A stretch of DNA of 64,000 bases from Neodothiora populina (Eukaryota): assembly GCF_041146345.1 (NCBI RefSeq), contig NW_027191411.1, positions 1,798,001 through 1,862,000 on the forward strand, written 5' to 3'. This document shows positions 53,907 through 64,000 of the stretch, piece after piece (within the stretch, counting starts at the first letter, position 1; the number at the start of each line of letters is the position of its first letter). The notes under the pieces were generated by a model. That model searched no databases. It was given only the letters and a program-made list of their open reading frames with translations, and had not been told where the DNA came from. The translations under genes were made by a program, and so were the position numbers.

Positions 53907-54335
53907 ACGCCTCAAAGCAGCGCCTCAGAAGTGTTGCAAGCATGTATGGCTCTCATGCTCTTGGTGGTGAGCACCCAACTCGTCTGACAAAGCGTGGGGA
54001 GCTAGCATTGCACACATTTCAGCTGACGATTTTCTGGGGGAGGTTTTGGGCAGATTGATCCTGGCACTTCTTTGCAGGACACCGCTGGAGGGGGATTTTT
54101 ATGGCCTTGTGGCTGATACCTTTATTTTCTTCTTCATAATAGCCTCATCCATGCAACGAGACGACTTCTGCAAGGCGGCAGAAAGGATTTATGATAGCTT
54201 GAACGAAACCAGAATTTATCAATCACAGTGTCATGCCTTAATCCTACATTGACAACCATGTGACCATCACCGCCGATGAGGTCGTGGAAAGCTCCACCGA
54301 CTTGAAGCGAGCATTCGTCCGATCAATCGTCAGCA

Positions 54336-55364
54336 TTACCGCTCTCCACTCAGCGTGTTGCTAGCCCATTGGTAACTTCCCAAGAAGACAGCACCACCTA
54401 TTGAAATCCACATAGTCCTAGGGCCCACTCCCTTCAAGAATGCTCCTGCGCCTTCTTCTCTCCAGACCTTTCCCACCAGTCCAGCCACGCTCTGTCGTTC
54501 CCTCGCCAGCATCATCCTCGTCTTGAGCACATCAAGAGGCGTCGTAGCCGCCGCAGCCACGGCCCCAGAAAAGGCACCCAAAACGGCACTCTCCACCGCG
54601 GTAGCCTGAGCCCTCCCTTCCCTCGCCGCCGCCCATCTCTTCAACCCCTCCCACAGCGGGAACTGAATGACGGTAAAAGGAACCTCGCGCATGATAGTGA
54701 TGCTCCATCCACGATATAGCTCGCGAAACATGACTCCCGCACCCTGCGTGTGTCGTGTCGCCAGGATCGACTGAAACGCACTCAGAGACGAGGGGAACTG
54801 CTTCGCCTGCGCGCGCTGCTTGACCACCTCCGTCGGCACACGCACCGCGCAAGCGGCGACTTCGCCCATCGACGCCGCGATCATGTGCGTTGCCGTCTCG
54901 CTTATGCCGCCGCCTCTTATCGCGGGTTGGGTCCCGCCGAGGAGGGTCTGCTGGTGCTGCTGTTCGCGACGGGAGGAGAGGGCGCGCTTGACGCTGTCGT
55001 AGGTCACGAAGAACAGGGCTGCTCCGGGCGCGGATCCGGCGAATGCAGACCCGATTCCTGCGTATACGCCGCGGAAACCACCTGCTGCGAAGAAGCCTCC
55101 GGAGGATTGAAGGCGGGTCTTGAGCGTGTCGAGAGGGTACAGCGATGTGTCTACTGTTGTGCCTGCTACGGCGCCTGCCTGGGAGAGTCACTATGTCGTT
55201 CGCTCTTTTCCTTCTCAATTGTACACCATATATTTTTCTACAACTTTCTGTGTATAGTTGTAGAGCAACCCAATGGTGTTATGGAATATGACGAGATAAT
55301 GACTTACCAGTAACGATCGCACGTATGGCGACTCGACCAGAGCTTTCCGCTCCGAAATGGCCAT
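54336..55364 (-). CDS. PET8: Mitochondrial S-adenosylmethionine carrier
   Basis: [62 protein letters not shown] and [10 protein letters not shown]. One intron. Confidence 0.94.
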
Positions 55365-55711
55365 CTTGCTATGGATCGAATAGAACACAAGGCGCTAGGC
55401 ACCGATCAGATATACAAATATCAAGATAAAGTCGTGATGATCTCGGGATGTTCTTATAGAGCTGCCGAAAAGTCGCGGTATCGGTGCTTGCTCCACACAT
55501 AATTCGAATGACAGCATTGCATATCTCTTGCCTTTGCGGAGAAGAACGTCACGGCGAAATTTGTAGCCCGGTGGACATAAAACATAGAACTTCTGGGAGT
55601 TAATGTTTTGTTTTAGCACTTTCACATGCTTTCACTACAACCTCTGGTATCATCCGACATTCTTTGCATCACGGTAATTTGCATTGTTGGGGCGAGGAAG
55701 TTTGCAATGTG

Positions 55712-57716
55712 ATGTCGAATATCGTGAGACGTGTCGCAGCAAGATCTGTTCCGATAGACAACCAGAAGTTCGACAAGTCCTTGCATCGAATATGGACCAA
55801 AAGTGGATTCCAGCGCAGGATGGGTGAGTACTGCTTGATCGTCCTGTGATACATATGCATAAAACTCCTGTCGTCAAATAGTCGAAGGATCATCAATTTC
55901 ACATTTACACAGATGCTGACGTGGATGTTCAGGTCTGGCGATCAGCGGAGGTGTGGATTCCATGGCCTTAGCCAGTCTATGTAGCGCGACCAGGCAAAAT
56001 TGGAGTTCTATGCACAAGCTCGATTTCACAGCCTTCATTATCGACCACTGTCTCCGGGAAGGTAGTAGTCTCGAAGCCGAGAAAGTATCGTGTCAGCTGA
56101 AACTGCTCAACATCGATACCAAGATCCTCAAATTGGACTGGAGCATGATCACCCATGACCCAAGCCGTCTGACGAATCTCGAGACGCACGCCCGCGCCTT
56201 GCGCTTTCACACGTTGGGCGTAGCCTGCAGAGATGCCAATATCAATTCTCTGCTGCTCGCTCACCACGCAGGCGATCAGGCTGAGACTGTATTGGCCAGA
56301 CTCGTGACAGGTTACACAGGCGCCGGCTTCCGAGGCATCTTACCGGAGGGCCAACTCCCAGAATGCGAGGGCATCTACGGCGTCTGGAATTCCGGTTCTC
56401 CTCGTAAGCTCCTGCCTACGCGGTTGGGTACCTCGGGCAGCCCCTTGCCGATCGAAGGGGGCGGTATCAATGTATACCGACCACTTCTCGAATATTGCAA
56501 GGATCGCCTCATTGCTACATGCAGAAGAGACCGCGTAAGGTGGTTCGAAGACCCCACCAATACGGATGTCACGCTCACGCTTCGCAATACCCTTCGTCAT
56601 CTCTGGGCACAGAATAAGCTGCCTCGAGCGCTGGGGCAACTGTCCATGATCAAACTTGCCGAGAGAGTAGAAAGACGAGTCCAGGGACGCGAGGCTGTAG
56701 CAGAGTCCATCTTCAACAAGTGTAAGATCGAGCTGGATGTCAGATCTGGCTCTCTGATTCTACAGACTCCTGCAGACATCAAAGAGCAATTGTTCGCTCC
56801 CACTCGTGGCAGTGAAGAACGTGCTCAAGGCAGCGAAGCGGGTTATCGAGCAGCAATTCTGCTGCGCAAGGTCTTCTCGCTCGTATCTCCCAAAGCGAAG
56901 ATGCCGCTTACGACCTTACTTACACACGTAGATGAGATGTTTCCTCTTGCCTTCTCGCGTAAAGATACAGAGCTTCCCCTTGGGAATCAAGCTTTACAAG
57001 CGCTGTACTCCTTGCGTATAATACGTACAGTATCTCAAAAAAGCCTGTTTCCCAGAGAATCAGAGGTGATACAGGAGAAGCAGTCTTCTGGGTCTATGGC
57101 GCTGTACACGCCAGGGGCGCACACCCGTACTATCCCTCCGCACCACGCCGATATCGTATTCAGAATTGAACGGGCGCAAGTCCCTAGAAAATACTTCCAA
57201 GACATGACGAAAGTCTTAGTCCGTTCAGAGGGCAAGCGACAGGCCTCAACCGATATTGGGTGGACAGATTGGCAGTTGTTTGACGGGCGTTTCTGGATAC
57301 GTCTTCGGCATCGTCCCTTCAATCTCTCTCCTGATAGATCAGTCGTCATCAGGTTCTTGCAGCCGGATGATCTCGAGCGGCTCTACAAGACCTTGGATAG
57401 AGAGAACAAAGCTTTCATCAAGGGTCGACTCATGTACTGGGCGTCTGGCGATCAGCGGTTCACTCTGCCGGCCATCGTCGAGAGACGAGAGGTCAGGCAT
57501 GTGAGAGACAGAAAACAGATTGCAGAAGACATATGCGCTCTACCGACGATTGGCTGGGGCAGAGACGGATGGCGCCTGTGGACCGGCAAAGACAGCACCA
57601 GGGTTGCCTGGAGTTGGGAATGCAATTATAAGAAGATCGAGTTTGGTAAAGGCCAAGGGCACACCATGAAGGCGCCCGATGTGTTGGTCAAGTCCAAGCT
57701 GTCCTACCCTCTGTAA
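55712..57716 (+). CDS. tilS: tRNA(Ile)-lysidine synthetase-like PP-loop ATPase, probably mitochondrial
   Basis: Spliced LAISGGVDSMAL (intron about 55824-55932), IDHCLR, ARALRF, LAHHAGDQAETVL, RPLL and EDPTN...RN. Basic N-terminus MSNIVRRVAARS. Confidence 0.88.
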
Positions 57717-58308
57717 TAAAAGTGTGTTTGCAGGAAAGTTGTTTCCTGTCTGAGAGTTTACTCGATGCGTATAGCAAGTCACGAGATCATGACTATAGTG
57801 TAGATATACTCCCCTCTGATTTCGCATCCACGAACGAGAGCTTTTGATACTATTCTTGTACTCTACCTCCGAATTATGAACTCATGTGACATAGCCCCGA
57901 TCTCCCTGGTTTTTCTTCTTGAGGGAGATGGAGTCGGAGAAGCAGGAATTCCGGAATGCCACGATTCATTTGTAATGGATATCCTCCAACAAGTGATGTG
58001 CCATTAATCTCTGCACGCCCTATAATGTCCTGCTTCTCTTACCAGGTCTGATAGAAGACGGTTCGTTCGTGTATTGAGTAAGGCAAACACAATGGTGTAT
58101 CGATAACGACATGCTCCGCGCGCTATCGTCGCTCCTTCCCTCCCCACACCATCTCCACACACCCCAGTGGTCGTACAGCATATTAAATAAATTCAGCACG
58201 TGAACAACAGCATAAGCACAAGCAAACCTCCATCGATCGCGAGCCGAGACTGTGTTACCACCGCGGGATCAATCTTTGCAACTGTCCAGGTAGTCATCGC
58301 CGTCCAAG

Positions 58309-59147
58309 ATGAACTGTGAACGCGGCCGCGGCGACAGCAGCGACTCCCCACTTTCACTAATCGAAGACCTGCCTCCAGAACTTCTGCACCACATCTGCGG
58401 CTACCTCTTCACCGCACACGACCCCGACCGCAGCGTCCTAGCAACAGAGGTCCCGTCCCCTCTAATCGACCTAGCGGGCACGAGTCGCGCCCTGCGCGAT
58501 GCTGTAGAGACTTATTGCCGCCGCACGCTGCTGTCGTGGGCGAGTATCACTAAATACGATGGTGTGTTACCCAAACCGAGTAAGAAAGTGACGAAGAGTC
58601 ACAGAGGTGTTTTGCTGCGGTGGCGCAAGACGCATTGTGTGTTTTGTGGTAAGAAGAGTGTCAGGAAGGCTGTGTTGCGCACGGGGTTCGGGTGTTGTGC
58701 TAAGTGCGACAAGCTTGAGTGGCCCGATAAGATTGTGAGAACATTTCTTCTTCTGCATTTCTTACTTTGTTGCATTGCTGATTCTGGGACCAGACCAAGA
58801 CGGCTGCAAAGAAGGATTATCATCTCAGTGATGACCACCTCTTCCCAGACCGGGAGGACGGATTGCCTGTCATCAATTATGGTTCGTATATTGTCGAAGG
58901 TGCAACCGCGACCATGTTCTTAAGGGAAGATGTAGAGAGATTGGCGACTGCTGTCCATGGCGACTGGAAGGCGCACATGGCGGAGAGACAGGCAAGAGCC
59001 GTCGCGAAGCAGAAACGGAAAGCAGAGAGGTTGCAGGGTCGGTCAGGAGTATGGGCTTCCTTTTCAGTGATGCCAGTACTAACCAGATCCATAGGTCTAT
59101 TGAGTGTTTCAGCCGAGGACCCGATCAATTTCATTGAAGCTGACTAA
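58309..59147 (+). CDS. F-box-like protein with C4 zinc finger and XPA-like C-terminal motif
   Basis: LIEDLPPELLHHICGYL, CVFC...CAKC, and after an intron (about 58735-58793) ITKTAAKKDYHL...MFLREDVE. Confidence 0.7.
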
Positions 59148-59734
59148 ATCTGAGGACTACGAGTCTGCCGAGTTCAGCTCCACAGAGGCAACAAGTCTGG
59201 GGGTTGCTGTTGAAACGATGAAGTGGTTTGTTGATGGCATATATCCACGACACAAAGCGATGCACTAATTGCACTGCTATGGGCTTTTATGGCGCGTCTC
59301 ATAAACTATGATACAGGTACATGGTATATACATGGCCAGTGTCAAGTCACAGATGGTGGCTGCGAAGATGATCTGACGAATGGAATAAGATGGCGTAAAG
59401 GATGCTTTTCCCGAGGATGGAGTACTGGGTTTTAATTGACGGACGGCGAGGAATGCATCTTACTTGCCGGCATGGGTGGCGTTCTCACCCTTTTCACTTT
59501 TCAGCCTCGATACAACAGGTCGGCGGTCGTTGAGTTGAGCGAGTATTGAGAGGTGGATGGACTGATAGCATAACTTGAGCCACAATACAAAGAAAAGTGG
59601 ATCAGGATTGGTATACACGGCTGTCCTGTCGAGTTCATCATCTAGCGCCAAAGACTCCTCGTTGATATATGCATGGAACCCCAGCTTTTCCCTCCTTGCC
59701 TATACAATCTTACACGCCATATGCCCGTGCCCAT

Positions 59735-60345
59735 CTATTTCTTCTCCATACCAGGCCTCCACTTCTCCTTGCCCTCGAGCAGACTCTTGGCCTGCACCCG
59801 CAACTCATCCCGGTCCTTCTGACTATACATAGTATCCGCCAGTCTGCCCCTACGGTTCGCGTACTCCTCATTCTCCTTCTGCGACGCCCTGAAGGTCTCC
59901 GGGTTCCAAGGCGCCAGATCCTCGCCCTCGGGCACGGCAGGCCACACAAAGGGCTTGTCCATCTCGACGGTCATGCGCTTGATGGCGCGCGGCCGGAACC
60001 AGCGCTTTATCGTCGGCTTGATGGCGCCGGGCTTTCCCTGTCGCACGGGCTGCTGCTCGACGTAGGACCGGATGCCGAGTGTGCGCACGTTGTAGGCGTG
60101 GTAGAGGTAGTCGCGCAGGTCGAGTTTGTTCATCGATAGCGGCACTTCGAAGCGCGCGAATGTGGGTGGCAGGCGGGCGGTGCGGAGCAGGGTCACTGTG
60201 AAGTTTGGTCTTTTGGGTTGGGTCAGTCTTTCGGTCTTGTTTTTTCGTGGGACTCCCATTGAAGTTGGAAAAGGGGGGAGGAGGGAGGCAGAACGTACAG
60301 GTGGATTTCTTTCAGGCCCAGCCTGAAGGGTGCGCGTGAAGCCAT
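59735..60345 (-). CDS. MRP20: Mitochondrial ribosomal protein uL23m
   Basis: FRLGLKEIHL|PNFTVTLLR, FEVPLSMNKLDLRDYLYHAYNV and KRMTVEMDKPFVWP. Confidence 0.9.
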
Positions 60346-60533
60346 GGATGGTGGTGAGGTTTGTAAAGGTGAGGTTTTTGGACGAGGTCTTTGGCGGCGG
60401 GATTGCGCAGGGCCTGGGTGATTGTATTCTTTCTTGCCCTAGCTAACACAAATGTTGTTGTATAGGTAAGATGCAGAAGGGGTCGTCTGGATGGTATTAT
60501 GGCATGTTCGAATCAATATTCAATTGACAAAAG

Positions 60534-60571
60534 TTCTGCTTCTGCTTCTGCTTCTGCTTCTGCTTCTGCTT
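60534..60571. repeat. (TTCTGC)6 hexanucleotide microsatellite
   Basis: Six perfect units, about 190 bp upstream of the uL23m start. Confidence 0.9.
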
Positions 60572-61156
60572 GATGCTTCGACGTTGACCAGAAAGAAAGA
60601 CCGGGTCGACGGCGTCGCGGAGGCTGCTGTCCCGTGCCCCGACGATATCTCTTGGCAGCGTGCGCTTCCGCCATCATGGTCGCCAGTATCGCCATTCGCT
60701 CTTGTTGTCGATTTACCACTGAACGATAGCACAGTCATGGATCCATTGTGTCGCATGCTACTGCAGAACAGTGGCAGAGCGTCCTAGCAACGCTTTTCTC
60801 GGTTACGATTGGGTGGTGCAGAGCAAGTGCATGATGGCATCGTCGCTGTCGCTCTCCGTGGGGAGCGTTCACCCATACAACCCTGTCTACTTCTTCCATT
60901 CGTCCAAGCCTGTCGTTGTCAACCAGTAGGTGATTCTTGTTTTCATCCTTGCTTTCGTTCCATGTACTTGCTGTTTGATATGAGTCTTGTTCTTGTTTTC
61001 GTGGCGTTGCTACCCGGTTTCCCGTTACCTGGAGCAATGTCAGCATTACGTTGTTACATCTGCACTTATATATCACAATTGAATCCTTGATCGTGTTTCT
61101 ATCCTCTAGTCTCGTCTCGAGTCAAACCATACACATCTTTCCTTACAATCTACCAG

Positions 61157-61766
61157 AAGCAACTCCTACGACCGCTCCGTCTTCGTCCAGCGCCCACTAT
61201 TCGGAGCCCTGCTCTTCGACAACAACGACTCGGATGCACGAGACCACTGCGCCAACGAGAGAAGTACGTCTTTCTTTCTACCCTTCTCCCTCCCAAACAA
61301 CCTTTTCTTTCCTCCAAGGTCTGATCAATGAACCACGAAAAAGCCTTCCTCTCCTGGCTTCGTTTAAGTGTGTACATGGCCATAGTCAGCATCGCCATCC
61401 TGATATCCTTCCATCTCAAGCACGAGCCCACGCCACTCGAACGCCGCTTTTCTTTACCTTTCGGGATCCTCTTTTGGTTCTTGTCGCTTGCGTGTCTGGC
61501 TAGTGGCACGGCGAACTACATCAAGACCGTATCCAGGTATTCGCAGCGCAGGGCGTTGGTGCAGAGTGGGTGGAAGACGCAGGTGGTGAGTTTTCTTTTG
61601 TCTTTTTGTCTTTTCCCATGTCCTATCGATCTCTGCTGGCGGTGATATTCAAGATGGTAATGAAATCACTAACATCGCCAATGAAAAGGTCTTCACGGTC
61701 ATCGCAGCAGCCATAGTGGCAGCGTGTGTGTTGTTCCTCTCTACAGGAGCAGAAACAGGTCGTTGA
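61157..61766 (+). CDS. DUF202-family three-TM membrane protein (start exon not resolved)
   Basis: LLFDNNDSDARDHCANER|TFLSWLRLSVYM...QSGWKTQV|VFTVIAAAIVAACVLFL. The upstream in-frame sequence hits a stop, so the first exon lies further 5'. Confidence 0.8.
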
Positions 61767-62151
61767 TTTTCCTGTCTTGGTCTCGATGATTATTTTCCTC
61801 CCTTGCATTACTCTATGTATGAATATGGAATATATGACATGTTGATGAACTGATTGTTTTTTTTATCGTCGATTACTAAATGTACTTTTTTTCATCTCGA
61901 TTCTTTGGAAGCCATTGAGAAGTATCCATGAACGGCCACTACTTTGAGAGCTGTTGAAATAATCCCCCGGAGACCGTTGAGGTATCGCTCTAAAGCAATT
62001 TCAGCTATTGGATCAATCCCATGAAAAGACGTAGGATCATCTTCTTGTGGACCACTGGTATCCACCTCATCAACTAAAGCCAATATTCGTCCACACGACA
62101 GAAACACCGAGAAGTCATGATCAGTAGAGATGAAAACATAAGCATATCAAA

Positions 62152-62247
62152 TCCGATGTGGTCTAGTGGCTAGGATTTGCCGCTCTCACGTTTCTTCTTC
62201 GAGACAGAAAATCCGGCAAGGCCGGGGTTCAATTCCCCGCATCGGAA
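62152..62247 (+). tRNA. tRNA-Glu(CTC) with 24-nt intron
   Basis: Exons identical to the copy at 27865-27956. Intron 62189-62212. Followed by a T-run. Confidence 0.94.
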
Positions 62248-62925
62248 TCTTTTTGTTTTTTCCTTTTTCTCTCTCTCTGCTTTGGATATTATATCTATAT
62301 TCAACTTTTTGTCCTTTATTGTTTGGATGTAGATGGGTGGGTTTTTCCTTAATCCGTATGCTTTTCGAGTTGCTTTATTGGCTTGCGAGTATTGGCTTTC
62401 GTGAGTAGGGTATGAAAGTTTGCAGCAGGTGGAAGGTAGGAAATACAAGTAGTAGGAGGTTACATAGCAAAAGTGTATAGACAGCATATATGTGGGTACA
62501 TGTATAATTGAGTATGCCAGCGTGCGGTGCAGTGTGGATGTACAGGGCTATATATGGGTATGCATGCGTGTGGAATCGTGTCCTGACCTGAATAGGTATA
62601 TACGTGAACAGGATATAAGGACTCCTCATAGGGGAAATTATGAAGAACGGGAGAATATATGTGCCATAGACAGTGCTGCATGTCTTTGACTTTCGAGTAC
62701 TAATGGCAACAGCAGCAAGAGTAGGAGCGGGAGCAGGAGCAGGAGGGTTTTTAGCATAACCGTTCGACTATATGCCTTTTTCTCTTACCTCTCATATCTC
62801 TTCGTTGCTCTCCAAGCCGCCGCTTTCTCGCTCTCCTACTTACTCTGAGCTGAGATTCTTTCACTTCAAATCAAAATCATATCTAGATACATCAATCCAT
62901 TTCTTTCCTCTCTCTGCCTCTCTTC

Positions 62926-64000
62926 TCACCGTCTGTGCAATACTTCCTCTAGATCCATCTTTCTCCTTTTCCGGGGACTCCTGCCACTCCCCGAGTCGTC
63001 TCCTCCGCTGTCTGAACTTTGTCTTGAGCGCCTCTCTCCTCCGTCTCCGGTCCCGCCGCCGACACCGCCTACTGATGTTCCTCCTGATACACCTCCCGCT
63101 GGGCCTGTGTGCTGTAAGGTTTGGGCTTGTAATTGTGGTGGACCCTGTTGTCGTCGTTGCTGATGCTGCTGCTGCTGCTGCTGCTGTTGTTGTTGTTGGA
63201 GAAATTGCTGATGATGTTGTTGAGGCTGCTGCTGTTGTTGTTGCTGCCAATGTGACGCCGATGCAGACGTGGACGAAGAACCCAATGTCGTGACACCACT
63301 ATCCGCCCGTAGTCTACTCTGTACATGACGGCCCAACGACTCCATGGTCTCGGAGCGTGGGCGCGTGGCGACAGGCGACGTCGAAAAAGCCTGAAGATGC
63401 GACGAGCCGCGTGGCGCCATATATGACGATGCCGATAGCGGCTGTCCGGTCGCTGAACCGATGGATGTCGACGAGTCGGAAGGGGTGGGACGATGACTGT
63501 GGAAACTCTGGCGGCGTCCTGCGCTTCCCGGTAGTGGGCGCGGAGGAGGTTGTCCAAAGTAGACGGGCTGTTGCTGCTGCTGCAGCTGTGGAGGTGCTAG
63601 GGGCGGTGGAGCAAAATGCGTTTGCAATGGTTCGAGCGATGGGAATATTCTTGAACCTGTATGTGTTGGGGGAGGAGGACCATATACTACTCCTGTTGGG
63701 TTTGATGGCCAGGACTGACTGTACAGAGAAGGTGATGCTGGTGGGAACGCTTCACGTCCGGGAGGGTAGAACTCCTGAAAGTGTGAGGGACTGCCATGAA
63801 AAGACGACGGCTGGCCAGGAATCTCAATTGGTGTCTGAAAAAGTGACGTAGAGGGTTTAGTTTCGGACAACAAAATCGTCTCTGTTGGTGACTCTGGCAG
63901 TGGTGGTAGGAACAAAGTGACAAAGTAGAGCGACGTTTTTGCCAACCGCATTCTCACGTCAAGTGAGCGTTCGACCCCTCCCGCTAATCGAAACACCCAG
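62926..64000 (-). CDS. 3' part of a gene with Pro/Ser- and Gln-rich low-complexity tail, possibly a transcription factor (5' part beyond the window)
   Basis: Open frame of more than 350 aa with LDVRMRLAKTSLYFVTL, poly-Q tracts and an NLS-like SPRKRRKM. Confidence 0.65.
   Translation of the reverse strand, partial: WVFRLAGGVERSLDVRMRLAKTSLYFVTLFLPPLPESPTETILLSETKPSTSLFQTPIEIPGQPSSFHGSPSHFQEFYPPGREAFPPASPSLYSQSWPSNPTGVVYGPPPPTHTGSRIFPSLEPLQTHFAPPPLAPPQLQQQQQPVYFGQPPPRPLPGSAGRRQSFHSHRPTPSDSSTSIGSATGQPLSASSYMAPRGSSHLQAFSTSPVATRPRSETMESLGRHVQSRLRADSGVTTLGSSSTSASASHWQQQQQQQPQQHHQQFLQQQQQQQQQQQHQQRRQQGPPQLQAQTLQHTGPAGGVSGGTSVGGVGGGTGDGGERRSRQSSDSGGDDSGSGRSPRKRRKMDLEEVLHRR

Noticed and set aside
48373..60345. 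Apparent cluster of mitochondrial-function genes (HSP10, PET8, TilS, uL23m)
   Set aside because: They are interspersed with unrelated genes and no shared motif was seen, so chance is a plausible explanation.
1..64000. CRISPR arrays, rRNA genes and intact transposons
   Set aside because: No spaced repeat arrays, rRNA sequence, or transposase, RT or integrase ORFs were seen.

Overview
Gene-dense, intron-containing eukaryotic DNA from a filamentous ascomycete (Pezizomycotina). This is inferred from short GT-AG introns with CTRAY branch points, Zn2Cys6 factors and intron-containing tRNAs. About 24 protein-coding genes were recognised by eye from motifs, with no database search. In order they are: vacuolar alpha-mannosidase (cut by the window start), LCL3 nuclease, VTA1, MPD1-like PDI, a DHA2 MFS transporter, PNC1, an OSBP, proline dehydrogenase divergent from a Put3/PrnA-like Zn2Cys6 factor, an RDR1-like factor, a secreted Thr-rich protein, a DNAJC8-like protein, DBP4, WDR48, aldehyde dehydrogenase, WDR79/TCAB1, HSP10, THR4, a small Myb-like protein, PET8, a TilS-like protein, an F-box/Zn-finger protein, mitochondrial L23, a DUF202 protein and a partial Q-rich gene. 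There are also four intron-containing tRNAs and a protein-kinase gene fragment. The most unusual signal is a pair of diverged non-coding repeats (41889-42067 and 42828-43125). Their conserved blocks are separated by copy-specific inserts that can fold into hairpins, and their G-U wobbles consistently favour a + strand RNA. I could not assign this candidate structured ncRNA to a known family. Exon boundaries were read manually and some are approximate.
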